A stretch of 64,000 bases of DNA from Lama glama. Lineage: Eukaryota. Where the stretch lies: the NCBI GenBank assembly GCA_028534125.1, contig CM052817.1, forward strand, positions 2,420,001 through 2,484,000, in the 5' to 3' direction. The notes beneath the pieces are model-generated. The model worked only from the letters and a program-made list of their open reading frames with translations. It was not told the origin of the DNA and ran no database searches. Both the position numbers and the translations under genes were made by a program. Shown here piece by piece: positions 1-16,099 of this stretch; the first letter of the stretch is position 1; every line of letters starts with the position of its first letter.

Positions 1-1399
1 ACAGTACAGCCCATCACAGATGGGCACACAACCAACCATAAATGAGAATCAGTATAAGGTTATGTGTGTAAATATGCCTGTGTGTTTCACCCCCTTTACA
101 CATCTGTGACACACGCCCTGTACCCTCGTTTCTATGTTTTCCACAACCAACCCTCCAGACTTGGGAGGGTCCCCTATCAAGGCAACCCACTGTTTCCCCA
201 GCTGCATCACGTGATGGTGGGAAGATGGGTCAGTGTTTACAGACACCCCACCCCGGCTGGCAGGGAGGGCGGTTCAGTTTTCTGCATCACAAGTGCTGCT
301 GCAGCAAATCTGCTCAGCGACATCCCCCCCACCCCCCACCCCGACAAGTCCTTGCGGGGGGTGGGGGCGGGGGGGGGGGTTCGGGCAGGCAAGCCTGCCC
401 ACCCGGGGCTCTGGGAAGTGCTGGCTAAACCTGCTGGGCTCCCACACTCAGCAGCTTCTGAGGGGGGAGGGCGAGGACTGGCCTCCTCCCGGGCCCCAGG
501 CGCCTGCCCACAGAGGGATAACTGAGCAGTGTAACTGGCATTCCTGGGCCAAACATTCCCGCCGGCACCCGCGCTGGGGGCCCCACACAAACACGCCCTG
601 CTAGGCCACAGGCATCCATTCCAAAACCTAGAGGGGTGAGCCAGGCCAGACTGGCTGGGTTCAGGCTATGGCCAGAGGTTTCCAGAAACTTCCATCCAGC
701 TCCTGGGAAGAGGTGCCCTGCACCTGCACAGTAGTTCCCCTCTCCTTGTTGTTCCAGCTGCATTTCTCCAACCCCAAGTCACTTCCAATCAAGGTCACAG
801 GCAGTCTGACTGGTCTGAGGGTCTCCGGTGGTTTGAATAACTCCAAGCACAAACCTGTGCTCCATCGTGGAAACCAAAACCCACCCCCACCTTGAGGTGC
901 TCTTCATACCACAACCAGCCGCGCCTGCTCCCTGAGATTGGTGACCACAGCCTTGCAGATCTTTACGGAGACAGGACATCAGTGGCAGACAACGAGGGGT
1001 GGCGGTGAATGCAGAGCCGCTGATGGACGTCACACGAGGAAATCAGGAGTGTGACTGTAGCATCACGCTTGAAAACATAATCAGGACAGAGTCCATTCAT
1101 GGACTACTTTCCACCAGCACAGCCTGCAGCACAGGGAGCCCTAGGACGCCCACCTCCAGAGGAGGAGGTGGTGCCTGGGGACAGCAAACAGCTGATCAGA
1201 GGCAGAGCTGGGACCCAAACGCACGCATCCCTGTGGTGCAGAGGCGGATGGAGAGACGCGCAGATGTCATAAAGCAAGGAAAGCCAGGTGCTAATGGAAG
1301 AATCTAGAGGGTACCTAATGGGTGTCCTATGGCCAGTTCTTTCCAAATAAAATGTTGAGGAAGGAAGGGTCCCTCCATCAATGAGAACACCCTCAGCCC

Positions 1400-1900
1400 G
1401 CCCCCGCGCCCGCAAGGTTGATGGTTTCCCGAGCGCGGGGACACCGGGATCTGGTGGATGCCCACCCCAAGCAGGGACAAGACATGACGCAGCGCCCAAG
1501 CCTGGGCTGGGGGGTGAGCAGAAGGTGAGAGTTCGGCTCCGGCCCAGGGCAGGTGCTCCTGGCAAGGCCCTGAGGGTTGAAGGGGGAGCAGCCTCCTTGG
1601 CACAGGCGTTGGCACGTCTTGTCCACCCCATCCTCCGGCGGCTCCGGACTGGGACCCTTCTCGGGCGCCCCGGCGGGGAAGGGGGCTTCTCGGCTGGCCC
1701 GGGCGGCGCTTCGGGAGCGCGCCTCTGGCGACTCGCACACGCTGCCCCGGGATGGTCCTTGGGAACCTCGCCCAGAACCCGGGGCTTCCGGGCCCGGCCG
1801 GCGTCCCGCCGGCAGCGCGCCGGGAATGCTGCGGACGCCATCCAGCCCCGCCCCCGCCCCGCCTCCGCTGCCCTCTTCCCCGCCCCTCTCCTCCCTCCCC
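1400..1900. promoter_or_regulatory. Upstream orphan CpG island followed by a C-rich polypyrimidine tract (to ~2110)
   Basis: Dense CpG with no credible ORF. Confidence 0.6.
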
Positions 1901-3394
1901 ACTCCCCTCCCCGCCCTCCCCAGGCATCCCTTCCTCCCTCGTTTGGTTCTCCGCCCCATCCATCTCCATCCCCATACACACCTTCCCTTCCTTGCCCTCT
2001 CCCCTCCCCTCCCCCTGCTCCGCGCCTCCTACCTCCTCCTCCCCTCCTCCTTTCCCCTCCTCCTCCACCTCCTGCCTCCTGCCTCCTCCCTCTCCGCCCC
2101 CTCGGCCCATCTCCCAGGGAATGGAACTCTGGGAAGCATCCACCGAACACGTTGTAAAGATTTTCCTCCCTTTTCCAGTGTTTAAAGGGGGAATTTCACA
2201 AGGAAGAAAGTGGCCAAAACCTCAAAAGGCAGCCAAAATAATTGTCAAACATTTGCTCTTCTACGATGCAAATATTTTAAACACACGCCAAAGACTTGCC
2301 TGCATTGTCACCTGCACTCCACCCCACACCAGCCATGTGCTGGGCGGTGTTATTCCCACTTTACCACTGAGGACATTGAGGTCCCCAGAGGACAGTGACT
2401 TGCTTATGACCACAGTGGACTCAGCATTTGGCGGAGAATAGTTGCCCAGTGCCTGGCTGCACATCTGGACAGCTGCAAGGTCCCTTCCCGTGGCTGTGAG
2501 GTCAGGAGCAGACCATCTGACAAGCCAATAAGAACGTCCTGAGGCTCTCCCTCTCCCCGCCCCCAACCCCGGCCTGTGCACCACCAGGTGGCTACTGGGA
2601 CGCGGGCCCCCTTGCGTGGCCACCGCCCTCCTGGGGCTTCGCTGCTGATCACTGGGATGGTCGTCAGACTCACCCACACGTGCAGTGCTTTCCACTTACT
2701 CCTCCCGAGGAAGCTCCGGTCCTGACACTTCCCCAGTTCAGCCACCTTCAGTGGCTCCCCACTGCTTGGCAAACTGAGAACCCTGCTCTTTAGGTGGCAG
2801 GCGCAGGTCTTCAGAATCCAAGCGCATCTTGGTCCTCTGGCTCCCAGCCCTGCCACACTCGAACCTACCGCTGCCCCTGGTCGCACAGCACAGCAATCTC
2901 GCTCTCCAGCAACCAGAGAATCATTGCAGAAAACAACCCGACTCCCTCCCACCCCCATCCCAGCGCCACGCCACCGACAGGGTCGGATAAAGCCAGGTGC
3001 TGGCGCAGATCGGGGGACACAGAGGTGATCGCGCTACTCTGGAGAGTCTCTCTGAAGAGCCTGCCATGTGGACTCTGTAGAGACCCTGTACCCCAGGAGC
3101 CCCATTCTGAGGGACACGCACCCCCAGACAACCTCCCACCCCACAAGGAAAAACAGACAGGTCTGTCCATCCCGCCGCAATCTGCAGTCGTGGACACTTG
3201 GCAGCAACCTGAAAGTCCCCTAGTGGGGTCAACCATCCTTTCCTGGAAGACCACACAGGGATTCTCATCCTCCAGTCTGACCATCCCTGACTGAGAGGTG
3301 GGGCCCAAGGCTCCTCCCCCCTTGCACCCCGATGGGAGCTCAGCAGAGTACAGCAGAATTCCCAGGCAACGTTCCACACCTCTCTCCTACATAC

Positions 3395-3670
3395 ACCCCT
3401 TCACACTCACTCATTCTGGGAACCCATGTTGTAAGGAAGCCCGGGTCACACGGAGGGGCCCAGGCAGTGGTCGCTCGGCTAACACTAGCACCAAGCCCCA
3501 GATAAAGGAGCCAAGGTGCCCTCAGCTAAGTCCTGCCCACCCCCAGCCCCCAGCTGAGGCTCAGCACCACGCTGTGGAGACAAACTACCCCCCACCCCCA
3601 TCCCCCATGAGCACACTGAGAAATGGTGGTTTTACACCCTAAGTTTTGGGGAAAAGGGTGACTGGACCAG
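3395..3670 (+). mobile_element. MaLR (MLT1-type) LTR fragment
   Basis: ccatgttgtaaggaagccc...ggttttacaccctaagttttgggg...actgga resembles MLT1 3' halves (from memory). Confidence 0.55.
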
Positions 3671-6606
3671 AGGAACTGGAACAAAGGCATGGCTGACTGC
3701 TGGGTAAACCCAGCATGGTTAGGTCATCACAACACTTATCAGCATCAGGTTCATACTTTAAAGTGAAAAAAGCGAGCTGGTGGAGGTGCACAGTTTACAC
3801 TGCTTTTCTAAGTTCAGACATGAGAGCAGGTGTGTTACGTGGGGTGGCGCGGGAGTGAGGTGAGGACAAATGGAATTGGGGCGAAGGATGAAGGGAAGAA
3901 AAAATAAGGTAAAATTTAAATTTTAAAGTGGGCATTCTCTAAGAGTATTCCAAAAAGAAAAGTTTATTTAAAAAAAATTAGCAGTGGCTGACTTCCGATC
4001 TAGGCTCTGGGAATCTTTCCCACTAACTCACCCCCTACACTCTTCCTGGGGCACCTTTGACAACCAGCGCTGAGCTATGCACTGGGAACACAGGCGACGA
4101 AGTTCTCGCTGTCCCGTCGAGAAGAGCACCCAGTGCCCTTTGGCCCTTTGCTGGGGACCCTCTGGCTGTCCTGCTGTGCAGGGACAAGTGGACTTGGGTG
4201 GAACATAAGGAAAGACAAGAGCAGACAGAGAAGGAAGGGTGGCCGTGACTTGGGGGAAGGGGGCGCGGATGCCTCAGAGACATACACAGAGAGCTGGCAA
4301 CATGCTGACTTGGAGGCCCCACTTTTCTGCCAGGGGAGTCCTTCTGCCCAGTGCCCAGAGGTGACCAGAAACTTGAGCTCTGGCTCTGGAGCACCAGAAA
4401 CCCACCCAGGGCCGTGAGGCTTCAGGGTCAGTCTCCAGAGAGCATCCCAAGGAATGACCACCGCAAACTGTCCTGGAGTTGCGACCAGCTGGATGATGGG
4501 AGATGGAGCTGTGGGCAGGGTCAGAATGCGCCAAGCCTCTGCCGAGGATCCCGCCTCCCGTTACCTCTGCATGGAGCAGAGAGGCAGCGGCCTGGGTGAG
4601 GGCCGGTGCAACTAATTCATGCCTCCCTAACCGGCCCTGCACCTCGGCAGAGACCCTTGGTCCGCTCACCAACGCCCTGTGCTGTGTACCCGCCCTCCAC
4701 CGCCAGAGTGGCTGAGAGTGGTTCCGGGATCAGCAGTGTGGGGACCCTGCGCATCCCAGTGCCTGGCAGAGGAAATGCGCCCTCCAACCCTCAAAAAGCC
4801 ATTTCGGGCGAGGGAGGCCTACTCTCCTCCGATCAGGTCTGGTCTGTCCCCTCACCTCTCCAGGGGCAATGGGGAGACACCGGGCAGCAACCAATGGCCA
4901 GGTGCCCGGGGGCCTGGCCCAGCAGGGCTTCCACTCCCAACAGCCAGCACAGGCAGGAGTTTACTAACAGCGGCTTACAGGAGAGGAAACTGAGGATCAG
5001 AGAGATGAGGCACCTCCTCCCCCAGGACCACACAGCCCTGGAGTAGAGAGAACTCAAACCCAGACTCCGAGGAAGCCCCTACCCTGAAGGTGCTCGGAAA
5101 GCTGTTTCCAGAAACGGGCTTCGGAGGCACTCACAGGCTGGATCAGGGCACCTGCGTAAAGGAGGTGGTCATCTGGAAGGTACTCTTTCCCACCGTATTG
5201 TCTTTTAATCCGGGTCCTTCTCTGGCCCGTTTCTGCATCTGTCAGAAGCACCCTTGAATTAGACCCCGTGATGAGCCGAAAGGTAGCGCTTCTCTTTCAA
5301 ACAGCCTGGGGCAGTCATTTCTTGCCTTGACTCACTCCCCTCTGTCCGGGGTACCTCTGCCTTTGGAGTCTCCCTGACCCCAACCCACCCACTTTGACTC
5401 AGCACCCTCATCTACATAGTGGGGGAAAGGCCCCGTCCTCTGTCTGTCTCCAGGCTGGAGTTAAACAGCCCGGTGATCATCTGTGCCCTCCTGGGGCAGG
5501 ACGTGAGGGCCAGAGGAGCACCGGAGGGGCTGAGCATCCGGTCCGTGAGTCTGCAGAAGAGTGTGCCTCCTGCCTGAGGTCTCCAGGCCACTGGGCACCA
5601 GAGACCCTTCCCAGCAGGGACCCTTCTCATGGGCAGGAAGGCTCAGGCTGGGAAAGGGGTGGCTGGAGGACGACTGGCTCCCGGCAGGCACGCCGGAAGA
5701 TGCACCCGCAGCGCTCACTATTTTGTCTCCACGGTTGCAGGCCAGCGAGGTCCCTCCAGCTGGACCTCAGCTCCACCTGGCCTCTCAGATCTGCTGCTCC
5801 TCGCTCCTATCCGACCCTAGGGTGTTGGTGCCAGAAGGGCCTTGTGCCCGGAGTGCGGGAATTCCAGGCCTGGGGAAGCCACTTACCATCTGGGGGAGTC
5901 CCTCCTCTCCTCGCCTCTGTTTTCCCCTCCATAAAGTGGGGTTGATGTTCTCTCCGCGGTCTTTGTTCTGAATATTAAAGCGAGGCAGCCGACGGTGCTC
6001 GGTTGGCCAGGGCCCCTGGCTGGCACGGGAGCTGAACGTGTCTCTCCGAGATAACCCGCGTCCGGTGAAACCAGCTCCGCCCGCGCGTCGGCGCTGCGAC
6101 CCGGTGACTCGGCCGTCGCCCGCTCCCAGAGGAGGCCGGTCAGGCTACTCCTGAGCGACCGCAGCTCCGAGGGCGACGGCGTGGGCCGGGATGCACTTTT
6201 GTCACGCACTCCCTGCTGCATAAGTGGGAGGGGACTCGCTACCGGTTTACAGTACCCCCAAGACCTCCGCGGCCAGGGGCAATGGCTCTCGCTCCTCTAC
6301 TAAGGCCCAGTCTAGTCTCCCGGGGAGCGGGATTGTGGGGACCCTCTCTCACTCAGCGTGACATGGGCCTGTTGCCGGCAGGGCCATGGGAATGGGGGTG
6401 GGGGCCAGCATTTTCTTACATTCTGAGACAACCTGAGAACTAGAGAATTCTATCGCACTACACTTGGCATTAAAAGGATATTTCATTAAGTGTAAATATT
6501 AAAATATGCCACAGTTTTTGCAGCCTTGACACCCGGGGTCTTTAAAAAATGACTAGTCCATCCTCTTTCGGTTTCTTGGAAGCCCCGGAGTCTCCATACC
6601 CCGATT

Positions 6607-6682
6607 TACACACGCACATACACACATACAAGCACACACACGTGCACACACGCACATACCACACTCGCGCGCACACACACAC
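6607..6682. repeat. Imperfect (CA/CG/TA)n alternating purine-pyrimidine tract
   Basis: acacacgcacatacacacatac...cgcgcgcacacacaca. Confidence 0.85.
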
Positions 6683-7353
6683 TGTTCCTCACGCTCGGTC
6701 CAACACTCTCCCTGCGGCGAGGCAATTACGAACCTTGCCGGACGGTGATTGGCCAGTCCGTTTCTCATCGGGGCCCCGCAGCCAATGGGCGGCCCCCCGG
6801 CCGAGGCCCCACCCCCATCCCCGGCGCGGGTGGCTCAGGCCCCGGGAATGGATCACGCGGGGCTGGACTGGCCGCGACCCCCAGCCTGGGCCTCCGGCCG
6901 CCCGCCCTCGGCCGCGCGACCGCCTGCGCGCCCGGGTCTGGGCGGCGTCTCCCGGCAGTGGCCACGCTCGGGGCCAGCGCCGCTTTCTCGGGCTGAGCGG
7001 GACTCCCGCCCGGCCCGCGCCGCCCCGCCCCTGCTGGCCCCTCCCCTGCCCTCCCCGCCCCCAGCGGGGCCGACCCGGGCGGCGACCAGAGCTGCGACGT
7101 GAAAGGCGAGCGAGGCGGCCGCCCGGTCGGCTGTCGGCGCGCACCCGCTCCCGGCCCAGCCCAGCCCGGCGCCGAGGCCGCTGCCTGCCCCGCGGGGCCC
7201 GACGCCAGCGCTCCGGGCTGCGGTTCCAGGGCCGGCCCGCGCGTGCGCCAGGGAGCCGCGCGCCACTGTCCCCAGCGGGGACCGGGACCCGCCGCGCCGG
7301 GGGCGCCCGGAGCCCCGAGGAGCCCGGCAGAGCCCGACGGGTCCGCGGCCGCG

Positions 7354-7747
7354 ATGCCGGACGAGCTGACGGAGCCCGGGCGCGCCACGCCGGCCCGTGC
7401 TTCCTCCTTCCTCATCGAGAACCTGCTGGCGGCCGAGGCCAAGGGCTCCGGGCGCGCGGCCCAGGGCGGCGGCGGCCGCGAGGACGAGGAGGACGACGAC
7501 GACGATCCGGAGGACGAGGACGCGGAGCAGGCGCGGCGGCGGCGGCTGCAGCGGCGGAGACAGCTGCGCGCGGGCGGCGGGCCCGGCGGGGAGGCGCGGG
7601 CCCGGGCGCTGCTTGGGCCGGGCGCGCTGGGCCTTGGTCCCCGGCCGCCCCCCGGTCCCGGGCCGCCCTACGCTCTGGGCTGCGGCGGCGGGACGCGCTG
7701 GTACTCGCGGTCGCACGGAGGCTACGGAGGCGGCCTCAGTCCTGACA
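7354..7747 (+). CDS. HMX1: HMX1 (H6 family homeobox 1) coding exon 1
   Basis: ATG at 7354 begins MPDELTEPGRATPARASSFLIENLLAAEAKG...GYGGGLSPD, which I recognise as the HMX1 N-terminus. It contains an eh1-like motif FLIENLL (7408-7428) and an acidic EDEEDDDDDPEDED tract. Donor A|GTGAGT at 7747/7748, phase 1, 394 nt. Confidence 0.97.
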
Positions 7748-11160
<3,413 letters not shown>

Positions 11161-11853
11161 GCTCCTGGCCCGCGGGACCCACTCCCCGTGGCCGCTGGGG
11201 ACTTGTGCGGACGCGCCAAAGGGCCGTGGCAGCGGCAGTGGCGCAAGGGGGCCGTTGGGGAGGGCTGGGGCTCTCCAACAGCCCCTCTGCCCCTGGGGCT
11301 CGACCGGCCGAACCTGTCTAAATATGGTCCAGAATGTAGCAGAGCCGCAGGTGACCCTGGCTCTCCAAACAGTGGCAAGGCTGGATCCTCGCTCGGAAGA
11401 GGGCATCACTGAGACAGTCGGCCGTGCAGCCCAGAGCCCCACGGGGACAGGCCTCAACCCATGGGCAAATTCAGCGCCTCCCTCGTCCCCGTCCCCCCCC
11501 CCGGACCTCTGGAGCCAGCGGCTGGGTGCAGTGCCTGGCAAACACAGGCTGTCCGAGGTACTTCATCAAGGTGACCACCTTCCAACCCGAACGACCCTGC
11601 CCGGGACAACGCGCGAGCAGGACGGCAGCCCCTGGGCACTCGGCCCCGACGGCCTTGCCTCTGGGCTCAGCAGGGAGTGAGCCCCAGGGAGAGAGCCCCC
11701 GTGGAGGGGAAGGGTGGCGATCCTGCCAGGGGCTTCTGTCCCAGCGTCTGTTCTGAAGACAGGACTGACTGGGGCTTCTCTCGTGGGCTGTGGCCTCTGG
11801 TTATTCCGGTGAAGACTTTTTTTTTTTTAATGAATCTACTTATTTGCGTATGG

Positions 11854-11859
11854 AATAAA
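11854..11859 (+). terminator. HMX1: HMX1 polyadenylation signal AATAAA
   Basis: First AATAAA I found after the stop (~700 nt 3'UTR), with an upstream T-run and a downstream T/GT-rich tract (ttctgctgctttgtg). Confidence 0.8.
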
Positions 11860-13779
11860 AAGGGACGCTTTCTGGACGGTTTCTGCTGCTTTGTGATCCC
11901 TGGGGCGGGCTCTCCTCTGAGAACAGGCTGTGGTGGGTGCTGCTCCCCCTTGTGGAGCCCTGTCCAGTGCTGGCCAGGGGCAGGTGGGTGGGTGGGCAGG
12001 ACAGGCGAGAAGTAGGGGGTCTGCAGGCTGGACTCTCATGCCCCGACTTTCCCCAGACAGGGAGGCCCAGCAGGAGCTCAGGGGAAATCAAGGTAGGGGA
12101 GGAGAGGGGCCTAGGGCAGAAGAGGGGACTGTGCGAGCCCTGTTCCTTAGTTGTGGGGCCTTCACCAATACCAGAAGCCACAAGTTGGGTGAAGGCGGAA
12201 CCCATCGGCCACTCTGGCCACTTGGCACAAGGGGCTGCCAGCTACGTGGCTCTCTCCGTCCACTGCCCCTTCCTGCACTGGGGTGGAGTGCCATCTCTAA
12301 CATGTGGATTTTTTTTCTTTTGGCCTAAACAACACACTGGCACCAGACAGCCCAGCAAAGTCAGGTGGAGAACACTGCTCTCTGGCCCTGGCCTCACTTC
12401 CTGAACCATCTGCAGTCCGTTTCGAGCTGCGAAACTCTGATCCTGACCCATGAGCAAAGTTCCAGGTCAGGGCTGTTTATGGGGCCCCAGCGAAAGCTCG
12501 TTTCAGTGGCTGGATCCCTGTTGCCCGCTCGTCGTGGGTGAGGACGGGGGCCTCCTGCACGGGAGAAGGGTGCTTTATTGACTGCTTCTCAAGCCTGGGG
12601 ACAGAGGTCACTTGGGGCTTGAAAAGGTCACTTCTGTGACAGAACTGAGCCCCCTCGAAAACCCATCTTCATCCCGTGGCTTCGGGTCTCCTGGTGGAAC
12701 AGACACTTACACGCGGAGATGCATAGCAACCAGCCACCCTCCCAACACCTTGGCGTTCTCAGCGTGGCTCCAGACAGCCCAGGAGAAGGCGCCATGGGGG
12801 CCTCCCTGCACCCCGCAGACAGTCCATCTGTGGGCCTCTGCCATCCAGCTCCCTGACCCAGAATCATCCCCTGCCCCAGCCCTTCCAGTCGGCTCCAGGT
12901 TCCCTGAGGCCAGACCCTGGAAAGCTGCAGCAGGACCTGGTGAAGGGGAGAGGGCAGGCTATGGCCTAAGTGGTCCTTGCTCCTCTGGGCCCTGAGGTCC
13001 CCACCGTCAGGCTCCCAGTGCCCATGGCATGATGGGGGAGGGCACCCTGAGAGACTGGGGGTGGGCCTCCTCCCACGCAACCCCAACCCCACGCGCCTCC
13101 CTCCAGCACTTCTAGGGCTGGGCCTCCTCTCCCTGGGGGAGAGGGGAGCTGCCCCTCGCTGTTGCCTTTCCCGCTAGGTTCACTTGACTTTGCTACGAGG
13201 GGCTTACGGTCCGATTCTCTACAGTGAGCTTGCTATTCGCTGCTCCCAAAGGCCTTCCCTCCTGACCAGCGGCCACAGAGGGGAAGTGGGGCGCCAAGAA
13301 GGCCACTCGAGGGGCAGCGCAGACCCATCTCTCCTTCCTCCCACTCTCTTCCCTACTGTGACCACTCTAGGCCTCAGAGCCCTTGGCTCAGGCTCTACCT
13401 GGGACCTTGGCCTTCTGTCACTTTGGTGGTGGCCTCATGCAGTCAGCAGACACATCACCGCCAGTCCTTGAAAAGATGCACCCCGTGCGCCTGGGCAGAG
13501 CTGACTGCAGTGCGGAGGCCTCCGGCCCAGCGCAGATCACTCTGCAGCTGCCACCTTCCCTCTGCACACCAGGCGGGCAGCCAGGCGGTGGGGCGGCCTG
13601 TGCTCTGCGCAGCACCCTCTCCGCATTACACAGAAGCGGTGGGATTGGGCAACAGCCGTGGTCACAGGCTCTTGGACCACGAATGGGATCATTAAAACCC
13701 AGGTTAAAGGGGTTATCACCTTGATGCAACCGTTTTATTCGACTTTTTGTGGCTGATGCGGGGCAGTCCTGAAGTGGTG

Positions 13780-14460
13780 GCAACCAGACACAGTGCGCCG
13801 CAAAGCGTGGTGCGCTGCCCATGTCTGCAGGCGGCTCACCCTCAGCGGCGGGTCGGTCTGCACAAACCAGAGCTCCGCGCCCGCCTGGGGAGCCACGTCG
13901 CGCCGGAGCCACCGGCGCGCGTGGAGGGTGAAGAGCTGGGGGCACCGCTTCGCGCCTCGGCTCCGCCCACCAGGAAGCAGCGAACCCCGCCACCCGGCCC
14001 GGGCCTGCTACCAGGAATCAGAGGGAAGAAGGGTCTAGCCGGCTGCAAACCCGGAGCAGATTTGAAGAGAAGGGCTGCGTCTTTCAATGGAAGCAGTGAA
14101 AGGTTGGGCTGGAGAGCGTCTTCCTCGCCCGCCGGCTCCGAACTCCCCCGGATCGGAAGGAAGGAGCCGGGAGGCGGAAAAGGGGTCTGTCGCCCTGCGC
14201 TGGGAAGGGTCGGGACCTAGAACCCTAACGCCAAAGTAGAGAAAGTGAATCCAAACCTGGATTAGGCCAGCTGCGCTCAGGGAAGCTGACTTTACCCCAT
14301 CATTATCCAGCACCCAGGAGGGTCGCGTCAGGGCGACACAAACCAGAGAGAATCGGAGCGGAACACGAAGCCCTAGAGGGCGCGCGGGACCAGGCTGGGG
14401 CTGAGCCTCGCTCCAGACTCAGCGCCGTCATCGCAGAAGAACCTCACTTCGCCTAAGTTG
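13780..14460. promoter_or_regulatory. Downstream CpG island
   Basis: CpG-dense non-coding block. Confidence 0.6.
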
Positions 14461-16099
14461 GCTTGGCTCCCGGCAGAAGATGAATGGCTTTGCTCTGCCT
14501 CTCATACGGGTACCTCGCCCTCCCAAACCCGCCAACCCTAACTTCTCCTTATGCGAGACCCAATTCTAGCCACCATGGGCTGCCTAGGGCTTCAGGCTGC
14601 ACAGTCCCTGAGCCTAGTTGGGTCCACCAGGCTTTGGACATCGCGCCCGACCTGCAAGGAGTCCCAGCTGAGTTCATGAAGAATCAGACCTGCTGAAAGA
14701 GATAAGCCAGCACCCCCCACCCCAGGTGGTGCTTAGTGCTCCCCGCCTCACCTGGCGACTCCCGGCCCTGGCTGGGAGGGCAGGCAGCACCCCTTACTCC
14801 TGCCTTCCGCATCCAAAGCCCTCGTACGGGACTGACCAGCACGCGGGTTTGCCCTTCTCCTAGCTGGCAGTTCCCCACCCCCATCCACTCCGCACTTGGG
14901 GAGCCCCCATCTTTGTACGGTCCATCCAGGGCCTCCCCTCCGGCTCACCCCTCCTCATCAGGTTCAGGTTAGGGGCTGTCAGTGGCCCCTAGTCTCCTTC
15001 CCCCAAGCTTGGTCTGACTTCATGGGGAGGTTTCCCAGAGCCTTGGGTCTGAGCCTACCTAGAAGGCGACCCACCTGGGTTGAGAAGGAAGGTGCTGTCA
15101 AGTGGGTACCAAGAAGGAGACAGGAGGGGCTAGGCTGGCTTTTCTCTCCGTCTCCTGTCTGTGGGTGTCTCTCAAGCATCCTTCAAGGCTTTCTGGTCTC
15201 ATCTGGTAATTCTCAAAAAGGGAAACTGGGGCTCTGAGGGGCAGAGACTGTGGGGCAGAGACTCCATGAAGTCACTTGGCCATCAAGGCCCGGACAATTC
15301 CCCTTCCTCCACCTGGCACTGTGGAGGTCATGTGCCCCATTCTGGGGTTGCTCCTCCCTGACGGCCTGCACACTCAAGCAGTAGTTGCGTCCTCTTCCCA
15401 CCAGCCAGATCGTAGGGATCGTTTCCTTTGGTTGCCCTGACCCTCAGCAAGCTGCTTGCCTATAGAAGGGTCCCCAGCCTCCTGCATCTATTAACCCGGA
15501 ACATAGCCTGAACCCGGTGATCCTAGCTGGGTCCTCAAAGTGGCTCAGCCCATAACTGGGTACAAAGCCTGGCTACCCTCCCTGGAGAAGGCAGGGTGGA
15601 CCCGAACTCACAAATAGACTGGGAAGGGGCCACTCTGTTCTGACAGCACCGAGCTCTGAATCCAGAACTCGGATGGACACTTGGGACAAAGGTGCAAAAA
15701 GAAAAATCGAGAAGCCCGAGGCGGTCCCCAGCTTCACTGCTGGGAGACCAAAGGGAAGAGCTGGCCGCCCAGCTCCCGCCGGCTCCCACCGCCGCTGGCC
15801 TCAGTGTTTGTTTGTTTGTTTTGTTATAAAAGTGATAGTGCTTATTAGCGATTATCTGGAAATTGCAGTGAAGTCAAAACAGAGAGTTTGTCTGCATCTC
15901 CACCATCAAAGCCAGCTGTTTCTGAGTGTCAGACTAGGCTGTGGACTTATTGTGAGGCGATTTATAGCTGTGTTGTTGGTTTTTTAAAGTTCTTGTCAGT
16001 TAAAGATGCACTTAGGTATTTACTCATAAAATGATTTGATGTCTGGGTTTGAAAATATCACAACAGAAACAAATTAAGCGGCAAAACTGAAAGGGAGCG

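Noticed and set aside
1104..2441. Long overlapping ORFs (up to 348 aa) on both strands
   Set aside because: Low-complexity G/R/P translations of a CpG island and pyrimidine tract; stops are rare in such GC-rich DNA and there is no recognisable domain.
6997..7353. Open frame upstream of the HMX1 ATG (possible GTG-initiated extension from 7099)
   Set aside because: Lack of stops is expected at this GC content; the recognisable protein starts at MPDEL and much of this stretch is probably upstream of the TSS.
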